Positions 45,072 to 54,600 of a DNA stretch of 64,000 nt are shown here, in pieces. Each line of letters starts with the position of its first letter. Positions within the stretch are counted from its first letter, which is position 1. Location of the stretch: positions 649,525 to 713,524 of the forward strand of contig CP092821.1 of the NCBI GenBank assembly GCA_022530585.1, in the 5' to 3' direction. The DNA is from Candidatus Nealsonbacteria bacterium DGGOD1a (GTDB lineage Bacteria; Patescibacteriota; Minisyncoccia; Minisyncoccales; UBA5738). Both the position numbers and the translations under genes were made by a program. The notes beneath the pieces were generated by a model, which saw only the letters and a list, made by a program, of their open reading frames with translations, was not told the origin of the DNA and searched no databases.

Positions 45072-46988
45072 TTATTGTTTTTCTTTAAACTCGCCTTCCT
45101 GCGGACCGGCATCCTTGCCGGCGCCGTCATTCGACTGGCCGCCTTGCGATCCCTGTTGTTCCGACTGGCCGCCTTGCGATCCCGGCTGTTGGTATAATTG
45201 CGCGCCGGCTTTGGAAAGCGTTTGCGACAAGTCGTCGGTCTTTGCCTTAATATCTTCTATGCTATCCCCATCTTTAATTTTTTTCAAGTTCTCGATCTTT
45301 TCGACAATGCCTTTCCTTGCGTCGTCCGAAAGCTTTTCGCCCGCGTCGCGCATCGCCTTTTCCGCGGTATAAATCAGATTATCGGCCAGATTGCGGCTGG
45401 CGATCACCTCTTGTTTTTTCTTGTCGCTTTCGGCGTTAGCCTCGGCCTCGCGTTTCATCCGTTCCACCTCTTCTTTGGAAATACCGGTTGATCCTTCAAT
45501 GCGGATAGTTTGCGTTTTATTGGTCGCTTTATCCTTGGCGGTTACGCTCAAAATACCATTGGCGTCAATATCAAAGGTAACTTCAACCTGCGGAATTCCG
45601 CGGGGCGCCGGCATAATGCCGTCCAGAATAAACTGGCCCAAAGATTTGTTATCCGCGCTCATCGGCCGCTCGCCCTGCAAAACATGAATTTCCACCGAGG
45701 TCTGATTGTCCGACGCGGTTGAAAACACTTGCGACTTCGCCGTCGGCACCGTGGTATTTTTGGATATTAAAACCGTGTTCACCCCGCCCATAGTTTCAAT
45801 TCCCAAAGAAAGCGGCGTCACATCCAACAACAGGACATCCTTCACTTCGCCCTGCAGGATTCCGGCTTCAACGGCCGCGCCAATCGCCACCACTTCGTCG
45901 GGATTGATTGACTTATTCGCTTCCTTGCCGAAAAAATTTTTCACTTCTGCTTGAATTATCGGCATGCGCGTCTGGCCGCCCACCAAAACAATCTCTTCGA
46001 TATCCTTGGGAGAAAGTTTGGCGTCATCCAAGGCTTGGCGCACCAAAGTCATCGACTTCTCGATCAAATCGCGCACCAAATCTTCCAATTTCGCGCGAGT
46101 CAATTTGTAATATAAATGTTTCGGTCCGGCCGCGTCGCTGGTAATAAACGGCAGATTAATCTCGGTCTCCATCGCCGTCGAAAGTTCAATCTTGGCTTTC
46201 TCTCCCGCTTCTTTCAAGCGTTGCAGCGCCAAATCGTCTTTTGACAAATCGACGCCATTGTCCTTTTTGTATTCATTAACCAACCAGTCCATTATTCTTT
46301 GGTCGACATCATCGCCGCCCAAATGCGTATCCCCGCCGGTGCCTTTCACTTCCACGGTATCCTCGGAAATATCCAGGATCGAAATATCAAAAGTTCCGCC
46401 GCCGAAATCATAGACCAGCACCTGCTCGTTTTTCTTTTTGGTCAAACCGTAAGCCAAGGCGGCCGCGGTCGGCTCGTTGATGATGCGTTTCACATTGAAC
46501 CCCGCGATCTCGCCCGCCAGCTTGGTGGCCTTGCGCTGCGAATCGTCAAAATAGGCCGGTACGGTGATGATTGCGTCGGTTACCGGCTCGCCCAATTTCG
46601 CCTCGGCATCCTGCTTCAATTTCTGCAAAACCATTGCCGAGATTTCCGGCGCCGCGTACCATTTATCGTCCATTTTCACTTCCACTCCGCCGTCTTCGGC
46701 CCGCTCGCGGATCTCATAGGGCAATAATTTCAAATCGCGCTGAACTTCCGGATCGGAAAATCTTCGGCCGATAAACCGCTTTACCGAAAACAAAGTGTTT
46801 TTGGGATTGGTAATCTGCTGGCGCTTTGCCAACACTCCGACCAGCCGCTCGCCGGTTTTTGTCATTGCCACCACCGACGGCGTCAAACGCGATCCTTCCT
46901 TGTTTTCCAAAATTTTGGGCTCGCCGTTAACGATGGCCGCCACTTCGGATAATGTCGTCCCCAAATCAATACCAACTGTTTTTGCCAT
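45072..46988 (-). CDS. dnaK: Chaperone DnaK (Hsp70)
   Basis: [20 protein letters not shown] and [10 protein letters not shown]. Start set at ATG 46988; the track ORF extends to 47036 into the repeat. Confidence 0.96.
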   Translation of the reverse strand: MAKTVGIDLGTTLSEVAAIVNGEPKILENKEGSRLTPSVVAMTKTGERLVGVLAKRQQITNPKNTLFSVKRFIGRRFSDPEVQRDLKLLPYEIRERAEDGGVEVKMDDKWYAAPEISAMVLQKLKQDAEAKLGEPVTDAIITVPAYFDDSQRKATKLAGEIAGFNVKRIINEPTAAALAYGLTKKKNEQVLVYDFGGGTFDISILDISEDTVEVKGTGGDTHLGGDDVDQRIMDWLVNEYKKDNGVDLSKDDLALQRLKEAGEKAKIELSTAMETEINLPFITSDAAGPKHLYYKLTRAKLEDLVRDLIEKSMTLVRQALDDAKLSPKDIEEIVLVGGQTRMPIIQAEVKNFFGKEANKSINPDEVVAIGAAVEAGILQGEVKDVLLLDVTPLSLGIETMGGVNTVLISKNTTVPTAKSQVFSTASDNQTSVEIHVLQGERPMSADNKSLGQFILDGIMPAPRGIPQVEVTFDIDANGILSVTAKDKATNKTQTIRIEGSTGISKEEVERMKREAEANAESDKKKQEVIASRNLADNLIYTAEKAMRDAGEKLSDDARKGIVEKIENLKKIKDGDSIEDIKAKTDDLSQTLSKAGAQLYQQPGSQGGQSEQQGSQGGQSNDGAGKDAGPQEGEFKEKQ

Positions 46989-47000
46989 AGTATTTTTGTT

Positions 47001-47115
47001 AATTGAAAATGTAAAGATCAAAATGGAAAATGACAATTAAAAATTAAAAATGTTGAATTCTTGAATTTTTAAACTTTGCACTGTCATTTTGATTTTTGAT
47101 TTTTCAATTTTAAAT
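47001..47115. repeat. Family C AT-rich palindromic element (between grpE stop and dnaK start)
   Basis: Differs from 47600-47709 only by a 7-nt indel and two substitutions. Arms AAAATGACAAT / ACTGTCATTTT. Confidence 0.85.
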
Positions 47116-47592
47116 TTATTTTACCACTTTAACCTTTGCCGGCCGCAATAATCGGCCGTTGACCATATATCCTTTTTCAACTTCTTCGATGATGATTCCC
47201 GATTCTTTACCCTCGGCTTCCACGGCTTGGATAACTTCGTGCAAAGCCGGATCAAAATTCTTGCCCAGAGAATCAATGGCTTGGGCGCCGTTGGCTTTCA
47301 AAAAATCTTCCAACTGGGTTTTAACCATCATTAAACCCTTCACATTGGCATCTTCCAATAATTCCGGCGGCATTTTGCCGACGATCAAATTCATATTATC
47401 CAGAATCGGCAAAATCGTTTCCAAAAAGCTTTCTTTGGCGTAGCGCATCAATTCTTGCGCCCGCTCGGATTCATCTTTTTTGTAATTGATAAAATCCGCG
47501 GCGGCGCGCTTCCAACCGCTTAAATTAACCTCGCATTGTTTTTTACATTCATCGAGCTCGGTTAATTTATTTTCTTGTTCTTGGTCTGCCAT
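47116..47592 (-). CDS. grpE: Nucleotide exchange factor GrpE
   Basis: The coiled-coil N-terminus and C-terminal beta domain (FDPALHEVIQAV...GYMVNGRLLRPAKVKV) are typical GrpE. Start at ATG 47592. Confidence 0.92.
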   Translation of the reverse strand: MADQEQENKLTELDECKKQCEVNLSGWKRAAADFINYKKDESERAQELMRYAKESFLETILPILDNMNLIVGKMPPELLEDANVKGLMMVKTQLEDFLKANGAQAIDSLGKNFDPALHEVIQAVEAEGKESGIIIEEVEKGYMVNGRLLRPAKVKVVK

Positions 47593-47599
47593 CTTTTTT

Positions 47600-47709
47600 A
47601 ATTGAAAATGCAAAGATCAAAATGGAAAATGACAATTAAAAATGCTGAATTCTTGAATTTTTAAACTTTGCACTGTCATTTTGATTTTTGATTTTTCAAT
47701 TTTAAATTT
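47600..47709. repeat. Family C AT-rich palindromic element (between hrcA stop and grpE start)
   Basis: See 47001-47115. The right end contains the hrcA stop codon. Confidence 0.85.
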
Positions 47710-48418
47710 CGTTAAACAGTTTCAACACTTCATTGGTCAGCGCGATATTTTTCTCATAGGCCATTCTTTTGGGCCCCACAATCGACAGGATAACTTCTTC
47801 CTGTTCGACCGGCTGGAGCGAAAAGGTTATGGCGCTGAAATCTCCGGCTTTGGAAAAATGGTTTTCGCCGCCGATGTGAATATCCAACTTGGCTTCCGAG
47901 CCTCGGGATTTGACATCGTCCTCCAAATAACCCAAATAATTGATGAAATTCTCAATGGCGGCCTTGTCCTCGAATTCCGGATTCTGCAGCAAATCTTCCC
48001 AGCCCTCTTTCCAAATAACATCTTCCTGCCGCAAATAACCCAGCACCAGCGACGACGATGCCTGCGCCAAACTGCGCGTGAGCGAATTGGCCAGCTTGAA
48101 AACATCTTCAAATTCATCCTCAATGCTTTTTCCGGGTTCAAAATCCAATTCCCGAACTTCCATTTGGTTTTCGCTTTTCAATAAATCGTTCACGAAAAGC
48201 CGGTAGCCCTTATCGGTGGGCACCCGCCCGGCCGAAGTGTGCGGCTGTTCCAAAAACCCGTCATCGGTCAACTTTTGCATTTCAATGCGAATCGACGCCG
48301 GACAAATCCCGAAATCATACTTTTCCCCCAGATACATCGAAGACACCGGCCGCGCCGATTCCACATATTCCCTGATAATCGTGTCCAATATATTTTTCTG
48401 CCGCTCGGATATCTGCAT
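47702..48418 (-). CDS. hrcA: Heat-inducible transcription repressor HrcA (short, 238 aa)
   Basis: N-terminal winged helix ERQKNILDTIIREYVESARPVSSMYL...IRIEMQKLTDDGFLEQPHTSAGRVPTDKGYRLFV. First gene of hrcA-grpE-dnaK-dnaJ. Confidence 0.88.
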   Translation of the reverse strand: MQISERQKNILDTIIREYVESARPVSSMYLGEKYDFGICPASIRIEMQKLTDDGFLEQPHTSAGRVPTDKGYRLFVNDLLKSENQMEVRELDFEPGKSIEDEFEDVFKLANSLTRSLAQASSSLVLGYLRQEDVIWKEGWEDLLQNPEFEDKAAIENFINYLGYLEDDVKSRGSEAKLDIHIGGENHFSKAGDFSAITFSLQPVEQEEVILSIVGPKRMAYEKNIALTNEVLKLFNEI

Positions 48419-48435
48419 AATCGCATAAGCTGAAA

Positions 48436-48492
48436 GCGAATTTGTGGAGGTTTGACCTCGGCTTTTGAGAGGTCAATCCTCAACGAATTCGC
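48436..48492. repeat. Family D structured palindrome (GAGGT/ACCTC hairpins), short copy
   Basis: GCGAATTtgtgGAGGTttgACCTCggcttttgaGAGGtcaatCCTCaacGAATTCGC. Related to the inner part of 57852-58020. Confidence 0.7.
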
Positions 48493-48638
48493 GCCCGCCC
48501 AAACCACGCGTTTCATTTTTCATCGCACACTCTAATCTTTATACTCCCATTCTATCACCCCCAAATTATCAGTCAAGCCCCCCGAGTGATAATCACCAAT
48601 TTAAAAGAAAAAGTGAATATTTCAATCCACTTACATTC

Positions 48639-49058
48639 TCAACACCGGGATTTTATTTTTTCCCAAAGAACCAAAAATTCGCCCCTATCCAATCCATCCT
48701 TTTTATCAACAAATGAACGCCCGCACGACTCAGCTTCGCCATTGAATTGACGAATTATTTTCTTTTTTTGCGACACCACCAATCCATACTCGTGATGCCA
48801 TCGCTTCGGCTTGGCGCAGAATCCAACAAAATTTTCTCCATGGTAAGGAATTTCTACATCATCAGCGACTCTCTCTTTGGAATAAAACAATTTAATCCAA
48901 TATCTCTCGCCACCTTCTTGATACGGACCCTCTATCTTTTCCTTGTTCTCTTCAATTTTGTATTTCCGCTGCTGTCCAAGCCCCGAAGCCCCAGACAAAA
49001 ACTCCGCCCACTTGGCAAAAGTATCCATTTCCTCTATGCTTTCCCCTTTTCCCGCCAT
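48639..49058 (-). CDS. Hypothetical soluble protein (139 aa)
   Basis: ORF track. Lies 5 nt downstream of the preceding membrane ORF. No motif recognised. Confidence 0.5.
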   Translation of the reverse strand: MAGKGESIEEMDTFAKWAEFLSGASGLGQQRKYKIEENKEKIEGPYQEGGERYWIKLFYSKERVADDVEIPYHGENFVGFCAKPKRWHHEYGLVVSQKKKIIRQFNGEAESCGRSFVDKKDGLDRGEFLVLWEKIKSRC

Positions 49059-49063
49059 TCAAA

Positions 49064-49405
49064 TCACCTTCTATAGAGCTCTTTATTTCGAGCTCTTACC
49101 AATTTTTTTCTTTTGGCTTCCATGCGGAGACCTCTTACAAACAACAAAATGGTCACAATGCCAGTCAACGAACTACCAACATAAAACCATAATGGCAATT
49201 GGCCAATTCCATCATTTCTGATGAAATCAATGAAGACAAGAGATATGATTGCTGCGAAACAGCCAAAAATAAAATAAAGCCATTTCGTGTTTCTCTCAAT
49301 TGTTTTCTTTCCGCCACCCGCCAACCATTCTTGATATTTTTCATTTGCGGGCTCAGTTGAATCTTTAAAAGATTCAATGACCACATCTAAATTCGATTTT
49401 CCCAT
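49064..49405 (-). CDS. Hypothetical 2-TM membrane protein (113 aa)
   Basis: ORF track. Two hydrophobic helices and a basic C-terminal tail. Confidence 0.5.
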   Translation of the reverse strand: MGKSNLDVVIESFKDSTEPANEKYQEWLAGGGKKTIERNTKWLYFIFGCFAAIISLVFIDFIRNDGIGQLPLWFYVGSSLTGIVTILLFVRGLRMEAKRKKLVRARNKELYRR

Positions 49406-49635
49406 TCAAATCAACACCTGAAAAGAACTATCCTGAACTAATCTTGACATTAAAATAATTTTTCATTTTGTCAATCCCCTCACTGTCCTCCCTATTTTAT
49501 CGTATCTTTTAAAATTATTCCGGTATTCTGCGGAACACCGGAACATCAGTTAACGGACATTCTCACATTCTTGAGAATATGAGAATGTTGTTTTTTTGAT
49601 TTATTTGGACAAATTCGGGTGAGGACAGGCCTTCT

Positions 49636-49848
49636 TTAAATTTTTAGATCGGAGTATTCGCGCAGAGTTTTTAATGTTGCCTGCACCGTGGAATTTTGCG
49701 TGTTAAGCAGTTTAATGTTTGAAAATTCTTGCGCTAATTTTGTAATCACTTCATCCGCTCATGAAGGCGTTAAAACTTTTACGCCGTCAAAATCAATCTC
49801 CAGCAATTCTTGGCGGTCAACACCTTTGGTTAAATAATACGAAACCAT
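49636..49848 (-). pseudogene. Possible disrupted small gene (71 codons with an in-frame TGA at 49759-49761)
   Basis: MVSYYLTKGVDRQELLEIDFDGVKVLTPS*ADEVITKLAQEFSNIKLLNTQNSTVQATLKTLREYSDLKI. Lies in a 760-nt region with no ORF of 60 aa or more. Confidence 0.2.
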
Positions 49849-49867
49849 TAAATTCAGATACCCTGGA

Positions 49868-49905
49868 GGGGTCTAACCCTTGCGATTACGCAAGGGATAG
49901 ACCCC
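49868..49905. repeat. Isolated 38-nt near-perfect hairpin
   Basis: GGGGTCTA-A-CCCTTGCG-ATTA-CGCAAGGG-A-TAGACCCC: 16 bp with a symmetric A/A mismatch. Confidence 0.8.
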
Positions 49906-50170
49906 AAATGCAAAGCGTTTCGTAATTCAAGATAATTAAATTTTAATAATCGCCAAACATCCTTGAATTTTTTGATCCGCCGGACCGATGTTGAAATCAT
50001 CGTTCAATTCCGCTTTGGCATCGCCGGAGAAGATATGATTTATCATTACAAAAATCGGGGAAATGGGAAACTTAACGGGAAACTATGCAAGAAAACTATG
50101 CGGGTTGCGGTGGCGAGCAAAGCAATGTAGGATGGAAATGTATAATCCGGGATAAGCCCGACATAAAACA

Positions 50171-51079
50171 ATGCGGCAGACAATCAACAATAATAATTTC
50201 ACCTGGGTGGATATCATCGAACCGAAAGATGAGGACATTCAGTATTTGAAGGATAAGTTCAAAATCCATCCGCTGACCGCCAGCGCCATCATTCCGGCCA
50301 TCCATTATCCGGACTTGGACTCGTTTAAAAATTATCTTTTTATCATCCTGCACTACCCGCATTATAACGAAAAGGGAGAAATCAATATCCGCGAGTTCGA
50401 TTTCATCGCCGGCCAGAACTTTTTGATAACCAGCCGCCAGGATGAGATTGCTCCCCTGCGCCGGGTTTTTGACAACTACCGCAACGCCGGCGGCCGGCGC
50501 GCCGACTATATGAACAGCGCCGGTTATATCCTGTTTTCGATCCTCAACATTTTCCTGAAAGATATCCTGGCCAAGATCAACGAAACGACCAAAGAGATCG
50601 ATGATCTTGAAGCCCGGATATTCACCGGGCAAGAGCGCGAAATGGTGGCCGCGATCTCCAGCCTTAAAATGAAAGTGCTTGATTTTTGGCGCATCGTGGA
50701 ACCCCAGCGGATGATCTTTGAATCTCTGCGCGTTTCCGGCGTCAATTTTTACGGCCCGGATTGCCGGCATTATTTCGTAATCCTGCACCGCGCGCACCGC
50801 CGTATCGAAAACACCTTGAAAAGCGCCAAAGAAACCATCGAGGCGCTGGAAGAAACCAACCATATTCTGGTTACGGTGAAAATGAACGAGGTGATCAAAG
50901 TACTCACGCTTTTTTCGGTAATCTTTATGCCGCTCACCCTCCTGGCCAGCATCTGGGGCATGAATACCGTTTTCCTTCCCTTCCATTATACCAATCTTGA
51001 TTTTTTCTTTATCATGCTCATTATGATCGCCACTCTCGCCGCCATGCTCTTCTTTTTCCGTTATAAAAAATGGCTGTAA
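50171..51079 (+). CDS. corA: Magnesium/cobalt transporter CorA
   Basis: C-terminal two TM helices with a WGMN (YGMNF-type) motif. Length 302 aa. Confidence 0.9.
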   Translation: MRQTINNNNFTWVDIIEPKDEDIQYLKDKFKIHPLTASAIIPAIHYPDLDSFKNYLFIILHYPHYNEKGEINIREFDFIAGQNFLITSRQDEIAPLRRVFDNYRNAGGRRADYMNSAGYILFSILNIFLKDILAKINETTKEIDDLEARIFTGQEREMVAAISSLKMKVLDFWRIVEPQRMIFESLRVSGVNFYGPDCRHYFVILHRAHRRIENTLKSAKETIEALEETNHILVTVKMNEVIKVLTLFSVIFMPLTLLASIWGMNTVFLPFHYTNLDFFFIMLIMIATLAAMLFFFRYKKWL

Positions 51080-51132
51080 TTTTTTAGACGATAACCCGCC
51101 CGGCGATAATGCCCGCCTCGTGACTATCGCGA

Positions 51133-51158
51133 AAAACTCCCTTTTGACAGGGAGTTTT
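51133..51158. terminator. Bidirectional intrinsic terminator (corA / pilin operon)
   Basis: AAAACTCCC-TTTTGACA-GGGAGTTTT. Confidence 0.75.
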
Positions 51159-51243
51159 CACGGCCGCGGCGAACTTTCGCGATCAGGCTGAATTTGTTTT
51201 TAATCCTTCCGGATTTATTCGCCGATATAATATGCCCCAAAAC

Positions 51244-51753
51244 CTACCGAACAATTTCCAAAATTGCCGTCCGGGAAATATTGGGCTCGGTTTCCGTGGC
51301 GATAACATGGATTCTGCCGGAGCCGGAATCTTTATAAATTGAATATCCGGTATTTATACCCGTGTATTTCCCGCTCGGATCAACAGGCAAAGCCTGAATA
51401 TAAGTCGGCGTCAAACATTTAAGAGCGGCCGATACCGTTGTCGTGCCGGACGCCATATCGGCGACAATCAATGTCGTCGTTGCCGGCAATAAACCGCAAA
51501 CATAATCAACGCCGTCGCCCCCCTTGAAAGTTCCCTCAAAAACACCTTTGTTGTCGGCTATGCGCTGGCCAACGGCATTCAAAATTGAATTCAAGTTGCT
51601 CGTTCTTTGAGTGTCGCGGCCTTGGGCGAATTGGCGAGCCGGATTTATGGCGACAATGACAACGGCCGCCAACAAAGCGATCAACCCGATCGCCACCAGA
51701 ATTTCGATCAAAGTAAAACCGGCATTCGCGGTTTCCTTTTTTTGTTTTTGCAT
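51244..51753 (-). CDS. Type IV pilin (probable major pilin)
   Basis: Class III signal NAG/FTLIEILVAIGLIALLAAVV with Glu at +5. Length 169 aa. Last gene of the operon. Confidence 0.85.
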   Translation of the reverse strand: MQKQKKETANAGFTLIEILVAIGLIALLAAVVIVAINPARQFAQGRDTQRTSNLNSILNAVGQRIADNKGVFEGTFKGGDGVDYVCGLLPATTTLIVADMASGTTTVSAALKCLTPTYIQALPVDPSGKYTGINTGYSIYKDSGSGRIHVIATETEPNISRTAILEIVR

Positions 51754-51827
51754 AATTTTTTTATTTTATTTTTTGTTATTTACATTATTGACTGCGCTTG
51801 TTTTTTCGACCTTTGTGAAAACGCAAA

Positions 51828-52202
51828 TTAAAATTCGCGCCAATCGTTAATCGTAATTTTGTTGTTTTCCAGCTTCGCGGTCACTCTCAAATTCGTGCGG
51901 GAATTTTTCCAATTCGCGGTTGCGGTTATCGTATAGGGATCATCTATGCTTATTTCAAGATTTTCACATTTTTCCGAAACATCGACATTTTCGTTACGAA
52001 CGATTCTCAACAGCGCGGCTTGAACGCATCCTTCCGCGCGCGCGGCGCTGATCTTTTTATTTTCTCGCGCCAACAGATCAAATCTTGCCCAAAAAGCCGC
52101 GCGCGATACGGATGCGGCGGCAACCAATAAAACCGCGGAAATCACCACCGTGGAAATCAGCGCGACGAAACCTTTTTCATTTTTAAGATTAAAGCGTTTC
52201 AT
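51828..52202 (-). CDS. Minor pseudopilin (PilX/GspK-like, no Glu+5)
   Basis: EKG/FVALISTVVISAVLLV hydrophobic N-terminus. 4-nt overlap with the upstream pseudopilin. Confidence 0.65.
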   Translation of the reverse strand: MKRFNLKNEKGFVALISTVVISAVLLVAAASVSRAAFWARFDLLARENKKISAARAEGCVQAALLRIVRNENVDVSEKCENLEISIDDPYTITATANWKNSRTNLRVTAKLENNKITINDWREF

Positions 52203-52594
52203 TTGGGCGAAGAATAAACCGTTGAAAAATCCTGCGAATAATCCTTCCCCGAATCGGTTTTCGCGCTCAAACTGAAACTTGCCGTTACCAATCCCCCGTC
52301 GGTTGAACTGGCAAATTCCAAGTTGGCCAGCCGCGTGCTTGAATTATTAAGAGGAACTCCGTTAATTTTCAAATACCCGCTTTCAACACCAAAAACCGTG
52401 GAAGTGGAATTCGCTTTCCGTTCGATTTTCGCCAATAAAAAATTCCCTTCCTCCAAAATCATAATCTGCGTGTCGTTGCGTCCGGTATTTTCAATGATCG
52501 CGAAAGCGGAAACAAACAAACCCGAAAACAACAATCCGATAAGCGCCAAATATATCAAAACTTCGATTAAAGTGAAACCAAGTTGATTTTTCAT
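52199..52594 (-). CDS. Minor pseudopilin
   Basis: MKNQLG/FTLIEVLIYLALIGLL prepilin cleavage/methylation motif. Confidence 0.8.
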   Translation of the reverse strand: MKNQLGFTLIEVLIYLALIGLLFSGLFVSAFAIIENTGRNDTQIMILEEGNFLLAKIERKANSTSTVFGVESGYLKINGVPLNNSSTRLANLEFASSTDGGLVTASFSLSAKTDSGKDYSQDFSTVYSSPK

Positions 52595-54099
52595 TTTGCC
52601 GTGATCACCGATATGTAACTTTTACCGCCGTTGTTTGAACCTATAAAAAAATAATTGCCTTCGCAATCAAAAGACGGTTCAAAAAATTCGCCGCTGGCGG
52701 CGTTGATTGCCGCCGACCCCCAATTGAAAATATTTGGCAAATCATCGATTTTCAAAATTTGAAAATTTGTTTTTGTAAGCAAAAATGCCAAATAATCACG
52801 AACGATTATTCCGTCAACGCTGCTGTTAATTTCTTTGGCATATGGCCGCGGAGAAGCAGAATTATTAATTTTTAAATTTTCAGGACTGGCATTATCCAAA
52901 ATGTAAAATTCGGGTATCGTGTCGGGTGGCCCTGAAATATGGCTGTTTGTTTTGCCAAGATAGAGCATATCGCCGATCAAATACAAACTTTTGCCATTAC
53001 CCGCCATACCGTCATCGTAGAAACCGCCGACCCGCCGCAAATGCGAATCAGCCGGATTTGAAATATCCAAAACCGTCAGTTGTTCTTGCGGGCAACCGCC
53101 GCTTCCATCCGCATCGGTAGGATGCGCCAGATAAACATATTTTCCTTTAACATAGATACTGTTTATATCGTGCCCTAAACTGCCGCCCGACGGCCAATGG
53201 CTGACCGCCATCGTGCTTGAAACGTTTTTAACATCAATAATATAAAATTCGGGAGTATTATTGCTTGTTGAAGTCAACCCAAGATAAATATAACCGTTAT
53301 CATAAAAAATGCTGTTGCCTTTGCCCCCGTTAACATTTTCAATATTGTATTTCTCCGGCGATTCAATGGGAAATTTTTTAAGATTAAAAATCTGCAACTG
53401 ATTATCCGAACTACTATTGGCAACATAGGCATAATCGCCATTTACCGCAACCGCGTTCAGCCCGCCTTTATTGTTGGAATTATTATCAATTTTTTCTTTG
53501 AATTTTATATCTTCGGGATTAGAAATATCAAAAATAAAAAATGTCGGATCGGTTGAGGTGGCGCTGCCGCCCGCAGTTACATAAAGTTTGCTTTTGTACG
53601 CGTCAATGTCGCTGATCGTGCTTGACGCGACGCCGGTTAATTCAAAAAAATCAAACTCTTTAACTTGCGGATGCGCCCAGTCGCCGGATAAGTTTGAATC
53701 GCAAGTGTCGTTGCCGGCCGTGCCATTATAGTCGGCAATCAAAGTTTCCAATCCAACTTTTTGCGGCCGGCCGGCCATACCCCACTCAACTTCAATGATC
53801 ACATTTTTAACGAACGGAGAATGACTGGAAACTTTAACTTTCCCGTTAAAAATTCCTTCCGCCTCGCTTGAGGAATTTACAAGCCGGAAATCTTTTAATC
53901 CCAATGCGCGCCGTTTTTCAAGCAATTTTTGCGCGTAATTGAGCGCTTCCGAACTTAGCCGAGAATCCGCGGCCAAGCTTTGCCCGCCGAACAACATTAA
54001 AATCGCGCCGGACAACGCGATAATCATAATCGCCATCGCCAGCAAAATCTCCAAAGTCAAGAAACCAAGTTGATATTGTTTTATTTGATCGAAATCCAT
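52591..54099 (-). CDS. Pseudopilin fused to an LVIVD-like beta-propeller (502 aa), candidate pilus-tip adhesin
   Basis: QLG/FLTLEILLAMAIM prepilin motif. At least five blades of the form Y.Y(V/L)(A/G)....(F/L).(I/V)(F/L)D(I/V)SNP, e.g. LTVLDISNPAD, FFIFDISNPED, FYIIDVKNVS. Confidence 0.8.
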   Translation of the reverse strand: MDFDQIKQYQLGFLTLEILLAMAIMIIALSGAILMLFGGQSLAADSRLSSEALNYAQKLLEKRRALGLKDFRLVNSSSEAEGIFNGKVKVSSHSPFVKNVIIEVEWGMAGRPQKVGLETLIADYNGTAGNDTCDSNLSGDWAHPQVKEFDFFELTGVASSTISDIDAYKSKLYVTAGGSATSTDPTFFIFDISNPEDIKFKEKIDNNSNNKGGLNAVAVNGDYAYVANSSSDNQLQIFNLKKFPIESPEKYNIENVNGGKGNSIFYDNGYIYLGLTSTSNNTPEFYIIDVKNVSSTMAVSHWPSGGSLGHDINSIYVKGKYVYLAHPTDADGSGGCPQEQLTVLDISNPADSHLRRVGGFYDDGMAGNGKSLYLIGDMLYLGKTNSHISGPPDTIPEFYILDNASPENLKINNSASPRPYAKEINSSVDGIIVRDYLAFLLTKTNFQILKIDDLPNIFNWGSAAINAASGEFFEPSFDCEGNYFFIGSNNGGKSYISVITAK

Positions 54100-54105
54100 A
54101 TGAAA

Positions 54106-54600
54106 TTATCGCCAATCAATGCGGCCTTCGGAATTAGTTTCAACGGCCGAAATATGCCCCGCGCCATCTTTCAGGATTATGGTTGTTGCCGTTGAATTCC
54201 CGCTGATCCGGTCAAAAATTATATCGACGGATGAAGATGCGTCGATATAAACCGTTTTATTATCAAACAAAATCGTTTCATTGGCCGGATCGCTTGCGCT
54301 GTAACCGCCGCCCTGAAAAATAACAATTTCTCTTTTTGCCGGATCAAAATGAACGCCGTGCGATTTACCATCCGCGCAACCGGCGCCGGAACATACATTG
54401 TTAACCGCCAAGCTTCTCGCCCGCCGAAGAACGCCGACAACCATATCGCGATCGCTGTGAAACGAACCGCCGCGCAAAATTTCCGAACTCATAAACAAAC
54501 CCAGCGAACCGATGATCGCCAGCAAACCCATTGCAAGGCAGACTTCAATCATGGTAAGCCCCTGGTTTGGTTTGCTAATGCAAACTTTGGGTGATTCCAT
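54106..54600 (-). CDS. Minor pseudopilin (FimT/GspH-like)
   Basis: NQG/LTMIEVCLAMGLLAIIG prepilin motif. Length 164 aa. Confidence 0.75.
   Translation of the reverse strand: MESPKVCISKPNQGLTMIEVCLAMGLLAIIGSLGLFMSSEILRGGSFHSDRDMVVGVLRRARSLAVNNVCSGAGCADGKSHGVHFDPAKREIVIFQGGGYSASDPANETILFDNKTVYIDASSSVDIIFDRISGNSTATTIILKDGAGHISAVETNSEGRIDWR

Noticed and set aside
48419-48640. CIRCE-like half sites upstream of hrcA (GCACACTC ... GAGTGATAA), and TTATTGCACTC at 22354
   Set aside because: The halves upstream of hrcA are about 50 nt apart rather than 9, and neither matches the TTAGCACTC/GAGTGCTAA consensus. The 22354 site has no partner half.
49759-49761. In-frame TGA as evidence for an alternative genetic code (code 25/4, as in some CPR lineages)
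   Set aside because: TGA clearly terminates well-supported genes here, for example tsaC at 23687-23689 and gatA at 58722-58724. All long housekeeping ORFs are intact under the standard code. A single TGA in a degenerate region is better explained by pseudogenisation.
50096-50986. 296-aa ORF antisense to corA
   Set aside because: It lies entirely within the well-supported corA frame on the opposite strand. Its composition is His/Gly/Arg-rich and low in complexity, typical of an antisense shadow ORF.
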